Shown one piece after another: positions 1-9,567 of a stretch of 64,000 nucleotides of DNA. Each line of letters starts with the position of its first letter. Position 1 is the stretch's first letter. Both the position numbers and the translations under genes were made by a program. The stretch covers positions 68,339 through 132,338 of the forward strand of contig JACQLA010000005.1 in NCBI GenBank assembly GCA_016204255.1, read 5' to 3'. Under the pieces are notes generated by a model, which searched no databases, had not been told where the DNA came from, and worked only from the letters and a program-made list of their open reading frames with translations. Source of the stretch: Candidatus Microgenomates bacterium (lineage in GTDB: Bacteria > Patescibacteriota > Microgenomatia > JACQLA01).

Positions 1-146
1 AGCTGTGAGATAAGACACTCCTGCGTCGGTCAATGCATGTCGCAGTTGGGTCTCTGCTTTAGTCTCGTGTCCAACGTTCGCTAGCATAACTCGGCGAACA
101 CGGGGAGATGAAGCAGAAGGGGCCCTTGACCGGATTGATTTACCGT

Positions 147-434
147 TCACGGTGCTGCTGTCTCCTCGTTGATATCTTCGGGCAGAGCGGATTCCTCTGC
201 ATAATCGGCAGGCTCAGGGCTTCGATTTATAATTAAAGTTTCTCCTTCGATGTTTATCACAAGTTGTGATGGATTCATCACCAGTGTAAGTGCCGGCAGT
301 TCTTGTGTAGCTTCCGGCACTTCCTTAAGGAGTGCCTCGATTGGTTCACGAACATACTTTTCAAGAAAGCGACTCATAGTGGGACCAGCCATTGAGTCGA
401 GGTGCTGCCAAGCCTTGTCTCTGTAAGTTTTCAA
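147..434 (-). CDS. hypothetical protein (95 aa)
   Basis: ORF from the track with a TTG start at 434; an in-frame ATG at 392 is an alternative. I recognise no motif. It lies in the GC-richer left edge of the window. Confidence 0.4.
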   Translation of the reverse strand: MKTYRDKAWQHLDSMAGPTMSRFLEKYVREPIEALLKEVPEATQELPALTLVMNPSQLVINIEGETLIINRSPEPADYAEESALPEDINEETAAP

Positions 435-523
435 AAAAAAGTTAAACTTTTTAGCCTCAACAAAAATGTAAAATTTGTAAAATTGAGGCTAATTTTGTTT
501 ACCAAAATTTTGAAAACTTACAC
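421..523. repeat. nested three-tier hairpin element, copy A (paralog at 20818-20920)
   Basis: The outer 14-bp inverted repeat is gtaagttttcaaaa (423-436) / ttttgaaaacttac (508-521). The inner inverted repeat is tagcctcaa / ttgaggcta. The blocks aaaagttaa, tttttagcctcaa, gaggcta and tgtttacca are shared with copy B. The element ends 1-2 nt from the stop codon of the 523..927 gene. Confidence 0.75.
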
Positions 524-927
524 TACGATAATCTGGGAATTCCGCGTTTGGGGATATTTTTGAAAAGGTGTCGTCTTATTTCTCGTCCATGTTCCTGAAT
601 CACCTTAATATGATCTAAAGAGGAGGCAATTGTTTCGGTGGCGGTTTGAATAATTTGCTCTTTAATTGGTTCCTCTTCTTTTTTGACTTCTTCCCCAATT
701 ACATTCTCAATTTTCTCAGCCTTCTCAACTAATTCCTCGCCCTTTTCTTCCAATTCCTCCAGCCACTGGGGTAGTTTTTCCAAAAAATCATCTCCCTCTT
801 CCTTTAGTCTCTTTTTAATCTCCTTGCCTTTTTCAGTTTCCAGAAAAATTAAGATTCCGGTGGCCAGTACCGCCCCCCAAATCAAACCTTTTATAAATCC
901 TCTGATTTCAGTAAATTCTTCTCGCAT
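523..927 (-). CDS. YtxH-like general stress membrane protein
   Basis: The N-terminal segment GFIKGLIWGAVLATGILIFLETEKGKEIKKRL is followed by a Glu/Lys-rich coiled coil, which is typical of YtxH. I prefer the ATG at 927 (MREEF...) over the track's TTG at 963. It sits next to a DUF948 gene, as in the Bacillus ytxG/ytxH pair. Confidence 0.7.
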   Translation of the reverse strand: MREEFTEIRGFIKGLIWGAVLATGILIFLETEKGKEIKKRLKEEGDDFLEKLPQWLEELEEKGEELVEKAEKIENVIGEEVKKEEEPIKEQIIQTATETIASSLDHIKVIQEHGREIRRHLFKNIPKRGIPRLS

Positions 928-1020
928 TATTTTATTTACTTGTTTATTTTCGCCAGGAAACAAACTTGCTTATTTTCGTAAGGAAAAAGCTCGTCTATTT
1001 TTGCAAGAAAACAAGCTTGC

Positions 1021-1284
1021 TTATTTTTTTTCTTTTTTAAGTCGGGCCACGAAAATTTTGAAAATCTTTAGTCCAGTCTTAAGGCCTAAAAAAGTCCCGA
1101 TCCCGGAACCGGTGGGTAAAGTCATTTCTTCAGAAATTTTTCCCATATCGGTAAGAATTTTATTCACATTTTCAACCGTTTTTTTAAATTCTTTAAGAAT
1201 TTTGATAACCTCAAGGGCCACCAAAACTAAAATTACGGTTAAAACGCCAATAATAATAACAAAAACAATTTGTGGTATTTCCAT
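1021..1284 (-). CDS. DUF948-like small membrane protein (YtxG-like)
   Basis: The 87-aa protein has an N-terminal TM helix (IVFVIIIGVLTVILVLVAL) followed by an amphipathic helix. It is adjacent to the YtxH-like gene. Confidence 0.65.
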   Translation of the reverse strand: MEIPQIVFVIIIGVLTVILVLVALEVIKILKEFKKTVENVNKILTDMGKISEEMTLPTGSGIGTFLGLKTGLKIFKIFVARLKKEKK

Positions 1285-1317
1285 TGCTTTTCTGAGGAGA
1301 AAAAAGATAACTAATTT

Positions 1318-1345
1318 ATTTTAGAATATGGTCAAAATTTGTCAA
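1318..1345 (-). promoter_or_regulatory. putative sigma70-type promoter for the DUF948/ytxH-like pair
   Basis: The minus strand reads TTGACA (1345->1340), a 16-nt spacer, then TAAAAT (1323->1318). This lies about 35 nt upstream of the ATG at 1284. Confidence 0.45.
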
Positions 1346-1368
1346 CTACTAATTCCAATTTAAACTCA

Positions 1369-2007
1369 TCAAGGGATAAATTCTATATTTATTTTTACCT
1401 TCTTTTCCTTGCCTAATTTATTTTTAGCGACAAATTCCAAATCATTTGGGCCAGGAACTAAATTAAAGGCTTGTGTAAAAGAACCATCTGGCTCCAACAT
1501 AATCTTTTGGCCGTTTAAAAAAAGTCTGGCGTCAGGATCAGTTTTACCTTTTAGGTCGATCGTATCTTGTCTAACCTGATTACTTTCTTTTAAATTCTGT
1601 ATCGTTAACGGTGGTGGTTGAGTAAAGGAACGATATTCTCGATAAAGATAGCCAAAGAAAAGTGACAAGAGAAAGAAAAAGGAAAAAATAATCAGTTGTG
1701 AGGCCCTAAATCTAAAAAACCCTGGCCGTTGAGCGGGAACCAGACCTTTAGGCAGAATTCCAAGATTTTTCTTTTCATCAAATTGGCGTCTGAAAATGGC
1801 TAAAACTTTCGAGGACGAGAGTCCTAAAAATTCACTATAGTTTTTAATAAAGCCTTTTATGTAAACAGAGGAGGGAAACTTTTGATATTCATCTTCTTCA
1901 ATTGCCCGCAGAAATTGGGCGCGGATTTTAATTTCTTTTTCGACTTCTTCCAGGGTCAGCTTTTTTTCAATACGGGCTTTTCGTAAAATTTCCCCAACAC
2001 TTTTCAT
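1369..2007 (-). CDS. RodZ-like HTH (XRE-type) membrane protein
   Basis: The N-terminus VGEILRKARIEKKLTLEEVEKEIKIRAQFLRAIEEDEY resembles the RodZ HTH_25 domain. A TM segment and a C-terminal beta-rich domain follow. Confidence 0.7.
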   Translation of the reverse strand: MKSVGEILRKARIEKKLTLEEVEKEIKIRAQFLRAIEEDEYQKFPSSVYIKGFIKNYSEFLGLSSSKVLAIFRRQFDEKKNLGILPKGLVPAQRPGFFRFRASQLIIFSFFFLLSLFFGYLYREYRSFTQPPPLTIQNLKESNQVRQDTIDLKGKTDPDARLFLNGQKIMLEPDGSFTQAFNLVPGPNDLEFVAKNKLGKEKKVKINIEFIP

Positions 2008-4112
2008 TCTGTTTGCTCATCTTGCTTCTGTAAAAGGAACTCCTCTGCATTATGAATTAAAACATCGCGGGGTTTAGATCCTTCTCCAGGACCAATGATT
2101 CCCGCGTTTTCAAGCTGATCAATAATTCTGGCGGCCCGGGCATAACCAACTGAGAGACGCCGTTGTAAAAGAGAGGCGGAAGCTCGATCATACTGGCAAA
2201 CTGCCCGCACAGCCTCTTCAAATAAGTCGTCTTTGCCTTCGTCTGACCCGCGCCCCCCGCCCTTCCCGCGCCAAGCCAAAGGCATAGACGTGACCTCTTC
2301 TGTATACTCCATAGGCAGACCTTTAGCCTTCAAAAATTCAACCATGCGCTGAATTTCTCCTTCGGAAACATAAGTTCCCTGTATTCTTGCCGGTTTGGCC
2401 TGATCCGGTGGAATATAAAGCATGTCTCCCCGTCCTAAAAGTTTCTCTGCTCCCGGCATGTCTAGAATAACCCGTGAATCAATCATTGAAGAAACATTAA
2501 AGGCAATTCGGGCCGGGATATTGGCCTTAATCAAACCGGTAATAACGTCTACTGACGGTCTTTGAGTAGCTATGATTAGATGAATGCCTGTAGCGCGAGC
2601 CATTTGAGCAATTCGGCAAATTGCATCTTCCACTTCAACTGGGGCAAAAGCCATCAAATCCGCCAGTTCGTCGATAAGAATCACGATATACGGCAAAGCC
2701 TGAAACCCGGAAAGTTCGTTATAACCATCAATATTGCGAACATTAACGGAGGCAAAAAGCTTATATCGTCGATCCATTTCGGCCATTGCCCATTTAAGAG
2801 CTGACAGAATTTTTTCTGCTTCAACAATCACCGGGGTTAGAAGATGAGGAATATTATTATACATCGTTAATTCCACACGCTTGGGGTCAACCAAAATAAG
2901 CTTCACCTCCGAAGGGGTCGCCCTAAAAAGCAAGGAGGCAATAAAAGAGTTCAATAAGACCGACTTACCCGAGCCAGTTGTTCCGGCAACCAGCAAGTGG
3001 GGCATCTTGGCAATATCGGCGGTAACCGGGTTCCCCGCCACGTCAAGCCCCAGGGCAGTTACCAGTTTTGACTTGGAATTTTGCATGATTTCTGAGGAAA
3101 GCATAGTTTTCAAAGTCACAAACTCCAAAGAACGATTGGGTATTTCAATACCTACTAGGCTTCTACCTGGAATAGGCGCATCAATTCTGATTTGCCCGGT
3201 GGGTGCGGCCAGTGCCAATGCCAGATCATTGGAAAGACTGGTAATTTTAGAAAGTTTTGTGCCCAAAGCAATCTCCAGAGCATACTGGGTTACTGCTGGT
3301 CCAAGATTTACTTCCACCACTCTTGCCTCGATACCAAAACTTCCTAAGGTTCTCTCAATAATGGCTGCGTTTTGCCTTAAATCACCTCTTTCAGCCTTTT
3401 TGCCCGGCCCGGCGGACAAAAGGGAAAGCGGCGGATATTCCCAAATTTCTTTATTTTGAGTGTTGGCGATAACCGTGGTTCCTAACTCGGATCCAGCCGT
3501 AGCCGACGGCGGAGGAGACTTTACGGCCTGCTTTACATCTGCCGTTTTACCTTTTAAATCAGATTTTTCTGTCGGAAAAACTAGTTTTGATTTTTTCGGA
3601 AAAGGGGAAGAAAAAAATGTTTTTTTAAAAACAGCCTGAAATTCTTTAATAATTTGCGTTAAGATCGAAAAAACCTGATCGATCGAAGTGTTTAAAAAGA
3701 CTACAATCCCGATAAGCGTTGCACCCAAAAGGATAATAAAGGCGCCAAATGAGGTTAGAAGGGTCGCCATGTTAAACCACACCTCCTGACCTAAAACCCC
3801 GGCCCGGGTCAAGGTAATTAAAGAAAGCCACAAAAGGGTTGAGCCAATAATTACATTGGGTTGACCAAAGGGGAGCTTAAGTCGAGTAAAGAAAAAGCCG
3901 AAAAAGGAAAGAATAAAGGGGAGAAAAATTATTCCCCAGCCAAAATTCTTAACTCCCATTAAATAAAGTGTGGCCAAGGGCGGTTCTTTTTTTAAAACTG
4001 CCAGACCCATAAGTCCTGCCAGACCAAAAAGGAGAATTGAAAAGATCGTATAAACGGTTTCTTTTTTAAGTTTCAATTTAAAAGCTGAGTGTCGCCGGTA
4101 TTTTCTTTTCAT
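2004..4112 (-). CDS. ftsK: DNA translocase FtsK/SpoIIIE
   Basis: The 702-aa protein has N-terminal TM helices, the Walker A motif GTTGSGKSV, the motor motif IATQRPSVDVITG and a C-terminal gamma (winged-helix) domain (LLQRRLSVGYARAARIIDQLE). Confidence 0.95.
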   Translation of the reverse strand: MKRKYRRHSAFKLKLKKETVYTIFSILLFGLAGLMGLAVLKKEPPLATLYLMGVKNFGWGIIFLPFILSFFGFFFTRLKLPFGQPNVIIGSTLLWLSLITLTRAGVLGQEVWFNMATLLTSFGAFIILLGATLIGIVVFLNTSIDQVFSILTQIIKEFQAVFKKTFFSSPFPKKSKLVFPTEKSDLKGKTADVKQAVKSPPPSATAGSELGTTVIANTQNKEIWEYPPLSLLSAGPGKKAERGDLRQNAAIIERTLGSFGIEARVVEVNLGPAVTQYALEIALGTKLSKITSLSNDLALALAAPTGQIRIDAPIPGRSLVGIEIPNRSLEFVTLKTMLSSEIMQNSKSKLVTALGLDVAGNPVTADIAKMPHLLVAGTTGSGKSVLLNSFIASLLFRATPSEVKLILVDPKRVELTMYNNIPHLLTPVIVEAEKILSALKWAMAEMDRRYKLFASVNVRNIDGYNELSGFQALPYIVILIDELADLMAFAPVEVEDAICRIAQMARATGIHLIIATQRPSVDVITGLIKANIPARIAFNVSSMIDSRVILDMPGAEKLLGRGDMLYIPPDQAKPARIQGTYVSEGEIQRMVEFLKAKGLPMEYTEEVTSMPLAWRGKGGGRGSDEGKDDLFEEAVRAVCQYDRASASLLQRRLSVGYARAARIIDQLENAGIIGPGEGSKPRDVLIHNAEEFLLQKQDEQTE

Positions 4113-4116
4113 TTAA

Positions 4117-5778
4117 TTAAACTTCCACCACAACTGGTAAAATTAGTGGTTTTCTTTTTGTTTTTTGGTAAAAAAATTTCTCCAGGCTTCCTTCAAGATT
4201 TCTCCTTAAAAATTGCCAGTCTAAAACTCGGCCATGATAGGGCGCCAAACATTCTTTAACTACGCTTTTTGTCTCCTCAATTAGTTTGCCCGACTGTTTC
4301 ATATAAACGAATCCTCGGGATACCACGTCGGGCTCAGCTACCACCTGACCGGTTGCCTGATCAACCGGGACAATTAAAACAACGATGCCGTCAGCCGACA
4401 TCATTTTCCTATCTCTTAAAACGATCTCGCCGATATCGCCAATACCCAAACCATCGACTAAAACATTTTGAACCTCAACCTTACCATCAATATGTGCCTG
4501 ACCCGTAGCTGAGAATTCTATTATATCACCGTCTTCCGCCAAGATAATTTTATCCTCAGGGTATCCCATCCCCTGGGCTAACCGGCTGTACTGTTTTATA
4601 TGCCGAAACGTCCCGCCAATGGGTATTATATATTTCGGTTGAGTCAAGCCAATCATCAGCATCAAATCACCGGCGGCTCCATGACCGGAAACATGCACAT
4701 CCTCTAGAATATCCGAGTAGGAAACATTTGCCCCACGTTTAGTTAACGTGTCAATTAAACTGTTAACGGCATTTTCATTGCCGGGGATCGGATCGGAGGA
4801 AAAAACTACAACATCTCGCGGCTTAATTTTAACAAACCGGTGGTCGCCGTGAGCGATGCGCGAAAGAGCTGAGCTTGCCTGACCTTGACTACCAGCTACC
4901 AGTAAAGTTATCTCCTTTTCGGGATAACGGGGAAGAGCTTCGGGTGATACAATATCGTGTTCTTCAATTTTTAAAAATCCAAGCTTTTGCGCCACCTCAA
5001 CGCTTTGTTCAAGACTGCGGCCGATAAAGCTTATTTTGCGATTGTGCCTTAAGGAAACATTAATCGCTTGTTGTAAACGGGAGATGTTAGATGATTGAGT
5101 AGTCACAATAAATTTACCTTCGCATTTTCTTAATTCTTTCTCAAATGTCTCTTCAATCATCTGTTCAGAAGGGGTGTATCCGGGCTTTTCTGATCTTAAG
5201 CAATCAGACAGCAAACATAAAACCCCTTTTTTTCCGGCCTCAGCAATTCGACCAACCTCAGGAAGTTGTCCATCAACTGGTGTCCAGTCAAACTTAAAAT
5301 CGGCGGCATGAAAAATCGTACCCACTGGAGTGTGGATAATTAAAGCTGAGGCATCAGGAACAGAATGAGTAATATGAGCAAAGTCAATTTTAAAAACACC
5401 CAGCTCCAGTGTTTCTTGCGGTTTTACAACCTGAATATTCTTTTCCAAACCCCACTCTTTTAACTTAACCTCGGCCAAACCTGCAGTTAAGCGCGTAGCA
5501 AAAACCGGTACGTTAAGCTTAGGTAAAATATAAGGTAGGGCGCCAATATGATCCTCGTGTCCATGGGTCAAAACAATTCCTTTTACTTTGTGCTTTCTTT
5601 CCAAAAGAGAGGAAACATCAGGAATTATTAAATCAACTCCCGGCATTCCCTCATCCGGAAAACCCACACCACAATCAACCACAAGAATATCATCACCATA
5701 TTCATAGATATACATGTTTTTGGTGACATCGCCTACGCCTCCTAAGGGTATGATTTTTAGTGCTTCGTTTTCTGACAT
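4117..5778 (-). CDS. rnj: ribonuclease J (metallo-beta-lactamase / beta-CASP)
   Basis: It contains the HGHEDHIG motif and shows full-length RNase J architecture. I prefer the ATG at 5778 (MSENEALKIIPLGG), which is preceded by GAGGT, over the track start at 5796. Confidence 0.92.
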   Translation of the reverse strand: MSENEALKIIPLGGVGDVTKNMYIYEYGDDILVVDCGVGFPDEGMPGVDLIIPDVSSLLERKHKVKGIVLTHGHEDHIGALPYILPKLNVPVFATRLTAGLAEVKLKEWGLEKNIQVVKPQETLELGVFKIDFAHITHSVPDASALIIHTPVGTIFHAADFKFDWTPVDGQLPEVGRIAEAGKKGVLCLLSDCLRSEKPGYTPSEQMIEETFEKELRKCEGKFIVTTQSSNISRLQQAINVSLRHNRKISFIGRSLEQSVEVAQKLGFLKIEEHDIVSPEALPRYPEKEITLLVAGSQGQASSALSRIAHGDHRFVKIKPRDVVVFSSDPIPGNENAVNSLIDTLTKRGANVSYSDILEDVHVSGHGAAGDLMLMIGLTQPKYIIPIGGTFRHIKQYSRLAQGMGYPEDKIILAEDGDIIEFSATGQAHIDGKVEVQNVLVDGLGIGDIGEIVLRDRKMMSADGIVVLIVPVDQATGQVVAEPDVVSRGFVYMKQSGKLIEETKSVVKECLAPYHGRVLDWQFLRRNLEGSLEKFFYQKTKRKPLILPVVVEV

Positions 5779-5789
5779 TTTATTTACCT

Positions 5790-6842
5790 CTACCAACTTG
5801 GTAAGAATTCATTAATATTTTGGGCAGTTAGTTGAAACTTCTCCCCTCTCCCCTCCACTTTCATCTTGGCGACTTTACGGCAAATCCCCTCAATTGTTCG
5901 CTCCAGTGTCCTGATTCCGGCATCAAATCCTAAGGGACGCACGATTTTTGGCCAAAGATCGGAAGTAATCGCTAAATCCTGGGGGGACAAACCGGAGTCT
6001 TTAAGTGATCGCGGGAAGACATACTCGCTTCCTATTTTAATTTTTTCTTCATCAGTGTAAGAAGGCATTTGCATCGGCTCCAACCGGTCTAAAACCGCCG
6101 GCGAAATGTTGGTTGTGTTGTTGCAAGTAGCAATAAATAACACTTGAGACAAGTCAAAGGGATAATCTATATAATGATCGATAAAAGAGACGTTTTGTTC
6201 AGGATCCAAAAGTTCGAGTAAAACTCCCATAATGTCACTACGTGCACTTTCTGCCACCCGATCAATTTCATCAAGTAAAATAACTGGATTTTTGGTTCCG
6301 CAGCGTTTTAAAACCTTAACCACCTGACCGGGTTCTGCGTCAGGATAGGCCCGCGATTGACCACGCAGCTGCAAAGCATCTCCCAAGCCCCCGAAGGGGA
6401 TCCGGCCAAAGTTTCTTCCCATCGCTTCAGCAACCGAATATCCCAGTGTTGTTTTACCTGTTCCTACCAACCCAACCAGACAAAGAATCGGTGCGTGTGT
6501 AATATGACTCTGGTCTTCGGTTTTTTTGAGACTGAGAACAGCCAAGTACTCTAAAATTCTTTCTTTAATTTCTCCCAATCCAAAATGATTTTTATCAAGG
6601 GTTGCTCGGGTAGTTTTTAGATCAAGAGTGTCTTCGCTCCTTCTATCCCAAGGCAAACCGCAAATCCAGTCAATATAGCGAGCGATTTGATCATACTCGG
6701 CTGAGTAACCACCCATTTTTGCCATTCTTCCTAAGCGCACAAGCATGGCTAAAATTTTTTCTTTCAACTCGGGCGGTAAAGAAGTATTTGAGACTTTCTC
6801 TTCGAGTTGCTCAATCTCAACAAACAAGTCCTGGGCAGTCAT
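5790..6842 (-). CDS. Lon-like AAA+ ATPase module (no protease domain)
   Basis: The sequence is colinear with the Lon ATPase region (YIDWICGLPW, GLGEIKERILEYLAV, Walker A GLVGTGKTTLG, Walker B ILLDEIDR, LDPEQN, LDRLE). The ORF ends after the alpha-helical lid, and the next gene is rnj. Confidence 0.8.
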   Translation of the reverse strand: MTAQDLFVEIEQLEEKVSNTSLPPELKEKILAMLVRLGRMAKMGGYSAEYDQIARYIDWICGLPWDRRSEDTLDLKTTRATLDKNHFGLGEIKERILEYLAVLSLKKTEDQSHITHAPILCLVGLVGTGKTTLGYSVAEAMGRNFGRIPFGGLGDALQLRGQSRAYPDAEPGQVVKVLKRCGTKNPVILLDEIDRVAESARSDIMGVLLELLDPEQNVSFIDHYIDYPFDLSQVLFIATCNNTTNISPAVLDRLEPMQMPSYTDEEKIKIGSEYVFPRSLKDSGLSPQDLAITSDLWPKIVRPLGFDAGIRTLERTIEGICRKVAKMKVEGRGEKFQLTAQNINEFLPSW

Positions 6843-6861
6843 AAAATAAATAAAGGATTAT

Positions 6862-6978
6862 ATTAAACGCTTGTTTTGCAAGCTACTAATTGCTTTAGAA
6901 AATTAGACGGCTCGCTACGCTCACTACTAATTTACTTCAATTAGACGCTCTGCAATGCAGAGCTACTAATTTACTTTG
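6862..6978. repeat. three tandem ~37-bp units (aattagacg - variable hairpin - ctactaattta)
   Basis: U1 is attaaacg-cttgttttgcaag-ctactaatt. U2 is aattagacg-gctcgctacgctca-ctactaatt. U3 is aattagacg-ctctgcaatgcagag-ctactaatt. The array lies between the pnp stop codon and the start of the Lon-like gene. Confidence 0.7.
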
Positions 6979-7019
6979 TAAATTATAACAAACAATGAGG
7001 GAAAGGCGCAATTTGGTGA

Positions 7020-9227
7020 TTAAAATCTTGATCTTTTACGAAAGCGGTCTTGAAAACCACCGCCTGGACGACGATGGTGTCCGGGGGCACTAGAAAATTT
7101 TCTCTCTGGACGACTGTCTCTGACAACTTTTTTAGCATCTTCGCCAAAAAGCATCGAAAGGTTGATTCTCCCTTGATCGTCAATTTCTATCACTCTGACT
7201 TTTACCTTTTGTCCAATCTGAACCACCTCTGATGGTTCAGAAACAAAACTGGTTGACATTTGAGAAACCCTGACTAAACCTTCTTTTCCGGGCAAAATTT
7301 CAACAAAAGCTCCGAATGGTAAAATTCTTTTAACTTCTCCTTCAAATGTCTCTTCCGGTTTTACTTCCCGAGTCAAACCCTGAACCCACTGGACAGCCTT
7401 CTCAATATTTTCGGCTTTCATACCGGAAATTGTTACTTTCCCATCGTCTTCTACATCGACAACCGCTTGTGTCTCGGCAATGATTTTGCGAATAATTTTA
7501 CCACCCGGGCCGATTACTTCACCAATCATTTCAGTAGGAATATGTAAAACAGCGATTTTAGGAGCATAAGAAGAAACTTCGGATCGATAGGTAGGAATTA
7601 TATTAAGCATTTTTTCCAGGATAAAAAGCCGGGCCTGGCGGGCTTTTTCCAAAGCTTCGACCAAGATAACATTTTTTACTCCCGAAATTTTAATATCCAT
7701 TTGTAAAGCCGTGATCCCATTTTTTGTTCCGGCCACCTTAAAGTCCATATCCCCATTGGCATCTTCGGTGTAAGCGATATCGGTTAAAACTACATGTTTT
7801 TCACCATCGGTCATAAGCCCCATGGCGATTCCGGCAACCGGTTCTTTAATCGGAACTCCCGCGTCCATAAGAGACAACGTCGAGCCACAGACAGAAGCCA
7901 TAGAGGTCGATCCGGATGAGGAAAGAACTTCAGAAACCACGCGGATGGCGTAGGGAAACTTTTCCTCGGTGGGGATAACCGGAACCAAAGCTCTTTCAGC
8001 TAAATTACCATGGCCGATTTCCCGGCGCCCAGGAGCTCCCAACCGCCTTACTTCCCCAGTTGAGAAAGGAGGGAAATTATAATGATGCATGTATCTTTTT
8101 CGCTCTTCTCCCTCCATGCCCTCAATTAACTGTTCCAAAGTGGGAGAACCAAGGGTTACAGCGCTTAAAACTTGCGTTTGGCCGCGTCTGAAGATGGCTG
8201 AACCGTGGGCTCGGGGTAAAACGCCGACTTCTATCTCCAGCTCGCGGATTTCATCAGGTTTTCTTCCATCGAGTCGATGACCCTTCTTTAATATTTCCTG
8301 ACGGACATAAGATTTAAACTCTTCGAAAAATATTTTGGCTAAAACTTTTTTCTCAATTTCTTTTTCGGCGAATTTTTCCTCAAGTTCCTTAAGGGAATGG
8401 TCTCCCCAAGTCTCATCCAAAGCTACCTCCGGATCCTGGAGCTGAGGCAAATAATCATTCTGGATGGTTTTTCTCAATTCGCTAATGACTTCTTCTTCGT
8501 CTTCCTTCTGAACCATGGTGGCTTTTTCTACCCCGACCTCTTTACGTAAATCTTCAATTAAGTCAATAACTGGTTTTATTTCGTCCTTGGCCTTTTTCAG
8601 GGCTTTGGTCATTGAGTCCTCATTCACTTCGCTTGCCTTTGCCTCAACCATAACGATGGCTTCGCTGGTTCCCGAAACGACCAAATCCATTTCCGAAAGC
8701 TCAAGTTCTCCATTTACCGGATTAATAAAAAAGCTATTTTCTTTAAGTCCTAAACGGACGGCACCGATCGGACCATTCCAAGGAATATCAGAAATGGCTA
8801 AAGCCGCCGAAGTAGCAATAATTGCCAACACTCCCGGATCGTTTTCGGAATCAACGGATAAAACGGTAATAACTACTTGGACCTCATTGAAAAAATCTTT
8901 AGGAAAAAGAGGGCGGATTGAACGATCAACTAAGCGACCGTTAAGAATTGCCTCCTCCGAAGGCATCCGTTCACGCTTTATAAAACGGGAGCTGGAGATT
9001 CTTCCGCCGGCGTAAAGTCGCTCCACGTAATCAACACTTAAAGGAAAGTAGTCAAGATCTGCGCGAGGGCTAGATTGACAAACCGTTACCAAAACCATTG
9101 TGTCGCCATAACGCGCCAAAACCGCGCTATCAGCATGTCCGGCAAGATGTCCCGTTTTTAAAGTTAACTCTCTTCCTCCAATTTTAATCGACTTGGAAAA
9201 TTCTTTAAGTTTTTTAAAAGATTTCAT
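7020..9227 (-). CDS. pnp: polyribonucleotide nucleotidyltransferase (PNPase)
   Basis: The 735-aa protein has two RNase PH domains, KH and S1 domains, and a basic C-terminal tail. It shows the conserved rpsO-pnp synteny. Confidence 0.97.
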   Translation of the reverse strand: MKSFKKLKEFSKSIKIGGRELTLKTGHLAGHADSAVLARYGDTMVLVTVCQSSPRADLDYFPLSVDYVERLYAGGRISSSRFIKRERMPSEEAILNGRLVDRSIRPLFPKDFFNEVQVVITVLSVDSENDPGVLAIIATSAALAISDIPWNGPIGAVRLGLKENSFFINPVNGELELSEMDLVVSGTSEAIVMVEAKASEVNEDSMTKALKKAKDEIKPVIDLIEDLRKEVGVEKATMVQKEDEEEVISELRKTIQNDYLPQLQDPEVALDETWGDHSLKELEEKFAEKEIEKKVLAKIFFEEFKSYVRQEILKKGHRLDGRKPDEIRELEIEVGVLPRAHGSAIFRRGQTQVLSAVTLGSPTLEQLIEGMEGEERKRYMHHYNFPPFSTGEVRRLGAPGRREIGHGNLAERALVPVIPTEEKFPYAIRVVSEVLSSSGSTSMASVCGSTLSLMDAGVPIKEPVAGIAMGLMTDGEKHVVLTDIAYTEDANGDMDFKVAGTKNGITALQMDIKISGVKNVILVEALEKARQARLFILEKMLNIIPTYRSEVSSYAPKIAVLHIPTEMIGEVIGPGGKIIRKIIAETQAVVDVEDDGKVTISGMKAENIEKAVQWVQGLTREVKPEETFEGEVKRILPFGAFVEILPGKEGLVRVSQMSTSFVSEPSEVVQIGQKVKVRVIEIDDQGRINLSMLFGEDAKKVVRDSRPERKFSSAPGHHRRPGGGFQDRFRKRSRF

Positions 9228-9292
9228 AAGTTTTTATTTTTGGAACTTGCGCAGAGGAAAAATGCACTGGAGATTTTTGCAAATTTTACCTT

Positions 9293-9562
9293 CTATTTAG
9301 CAAGGTTAAGTTTCTCAATAACTAGTTTATACCTTTCATCGTCCTTTTTAGCAAGATAATTAAGAAGTCTTCGTCTTTTCCCGACTAAAGAAAGAAGCCC
9401 TCGCCTTGAGTGTACATCATGGGAATGGGTTTTTAAATGCTCAGTTAAATTTTTAATTCTTTCCGTTAAAAGAGCCACCTGAACTTCAGGGCTACCAGTA
9501 TCGGTTTTATTAATTTGATATTCAGTAATAATCTTTTTTTTATCTTTATCAATTGTTGTCAT
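9293..9562 (-). CDS. rpsO: 30S ribosomal protein S15
   Basis: The 89-aa protein contains [36 protein letters not shown]. Confidence 0.97.
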   Translation of the reverse strand: MTTIDKDKKKIITEYQINKTDTGSPEVQVALLTERIKNLTEHLKTHSHDVHSRRGLLSLVGKRRRLLNYLAKKDDERYKLVIEKLNLAK

Positions 9563-9567
9563 ATAAT

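Noticed and set aside
683-1324. A 213-aa plus-strand ORF spanning the ytxH-like and DUF948 genes.
   Set aside because: It is antisense to two genes that have recognisable family features. The peptide is Ser/Phe-rich and low in complexity, which is typical of a shadow frame opposite Glu/Lys-rich coding sequence.
2881-3459. A 192-aa plus-strand ORF inside ftsK (also 2580..2804).
   Set aside because: It is antisense to the highly conserved FtsK motor domain and has no motif of its own.
8515-9015. A 166-aa plus-strand ORF inside pnp (also 7050..7232, 8089..8280 and 6983..7183).
   Set aside because: These are shadow ORFs overlapping the well-supported PNPase gene.
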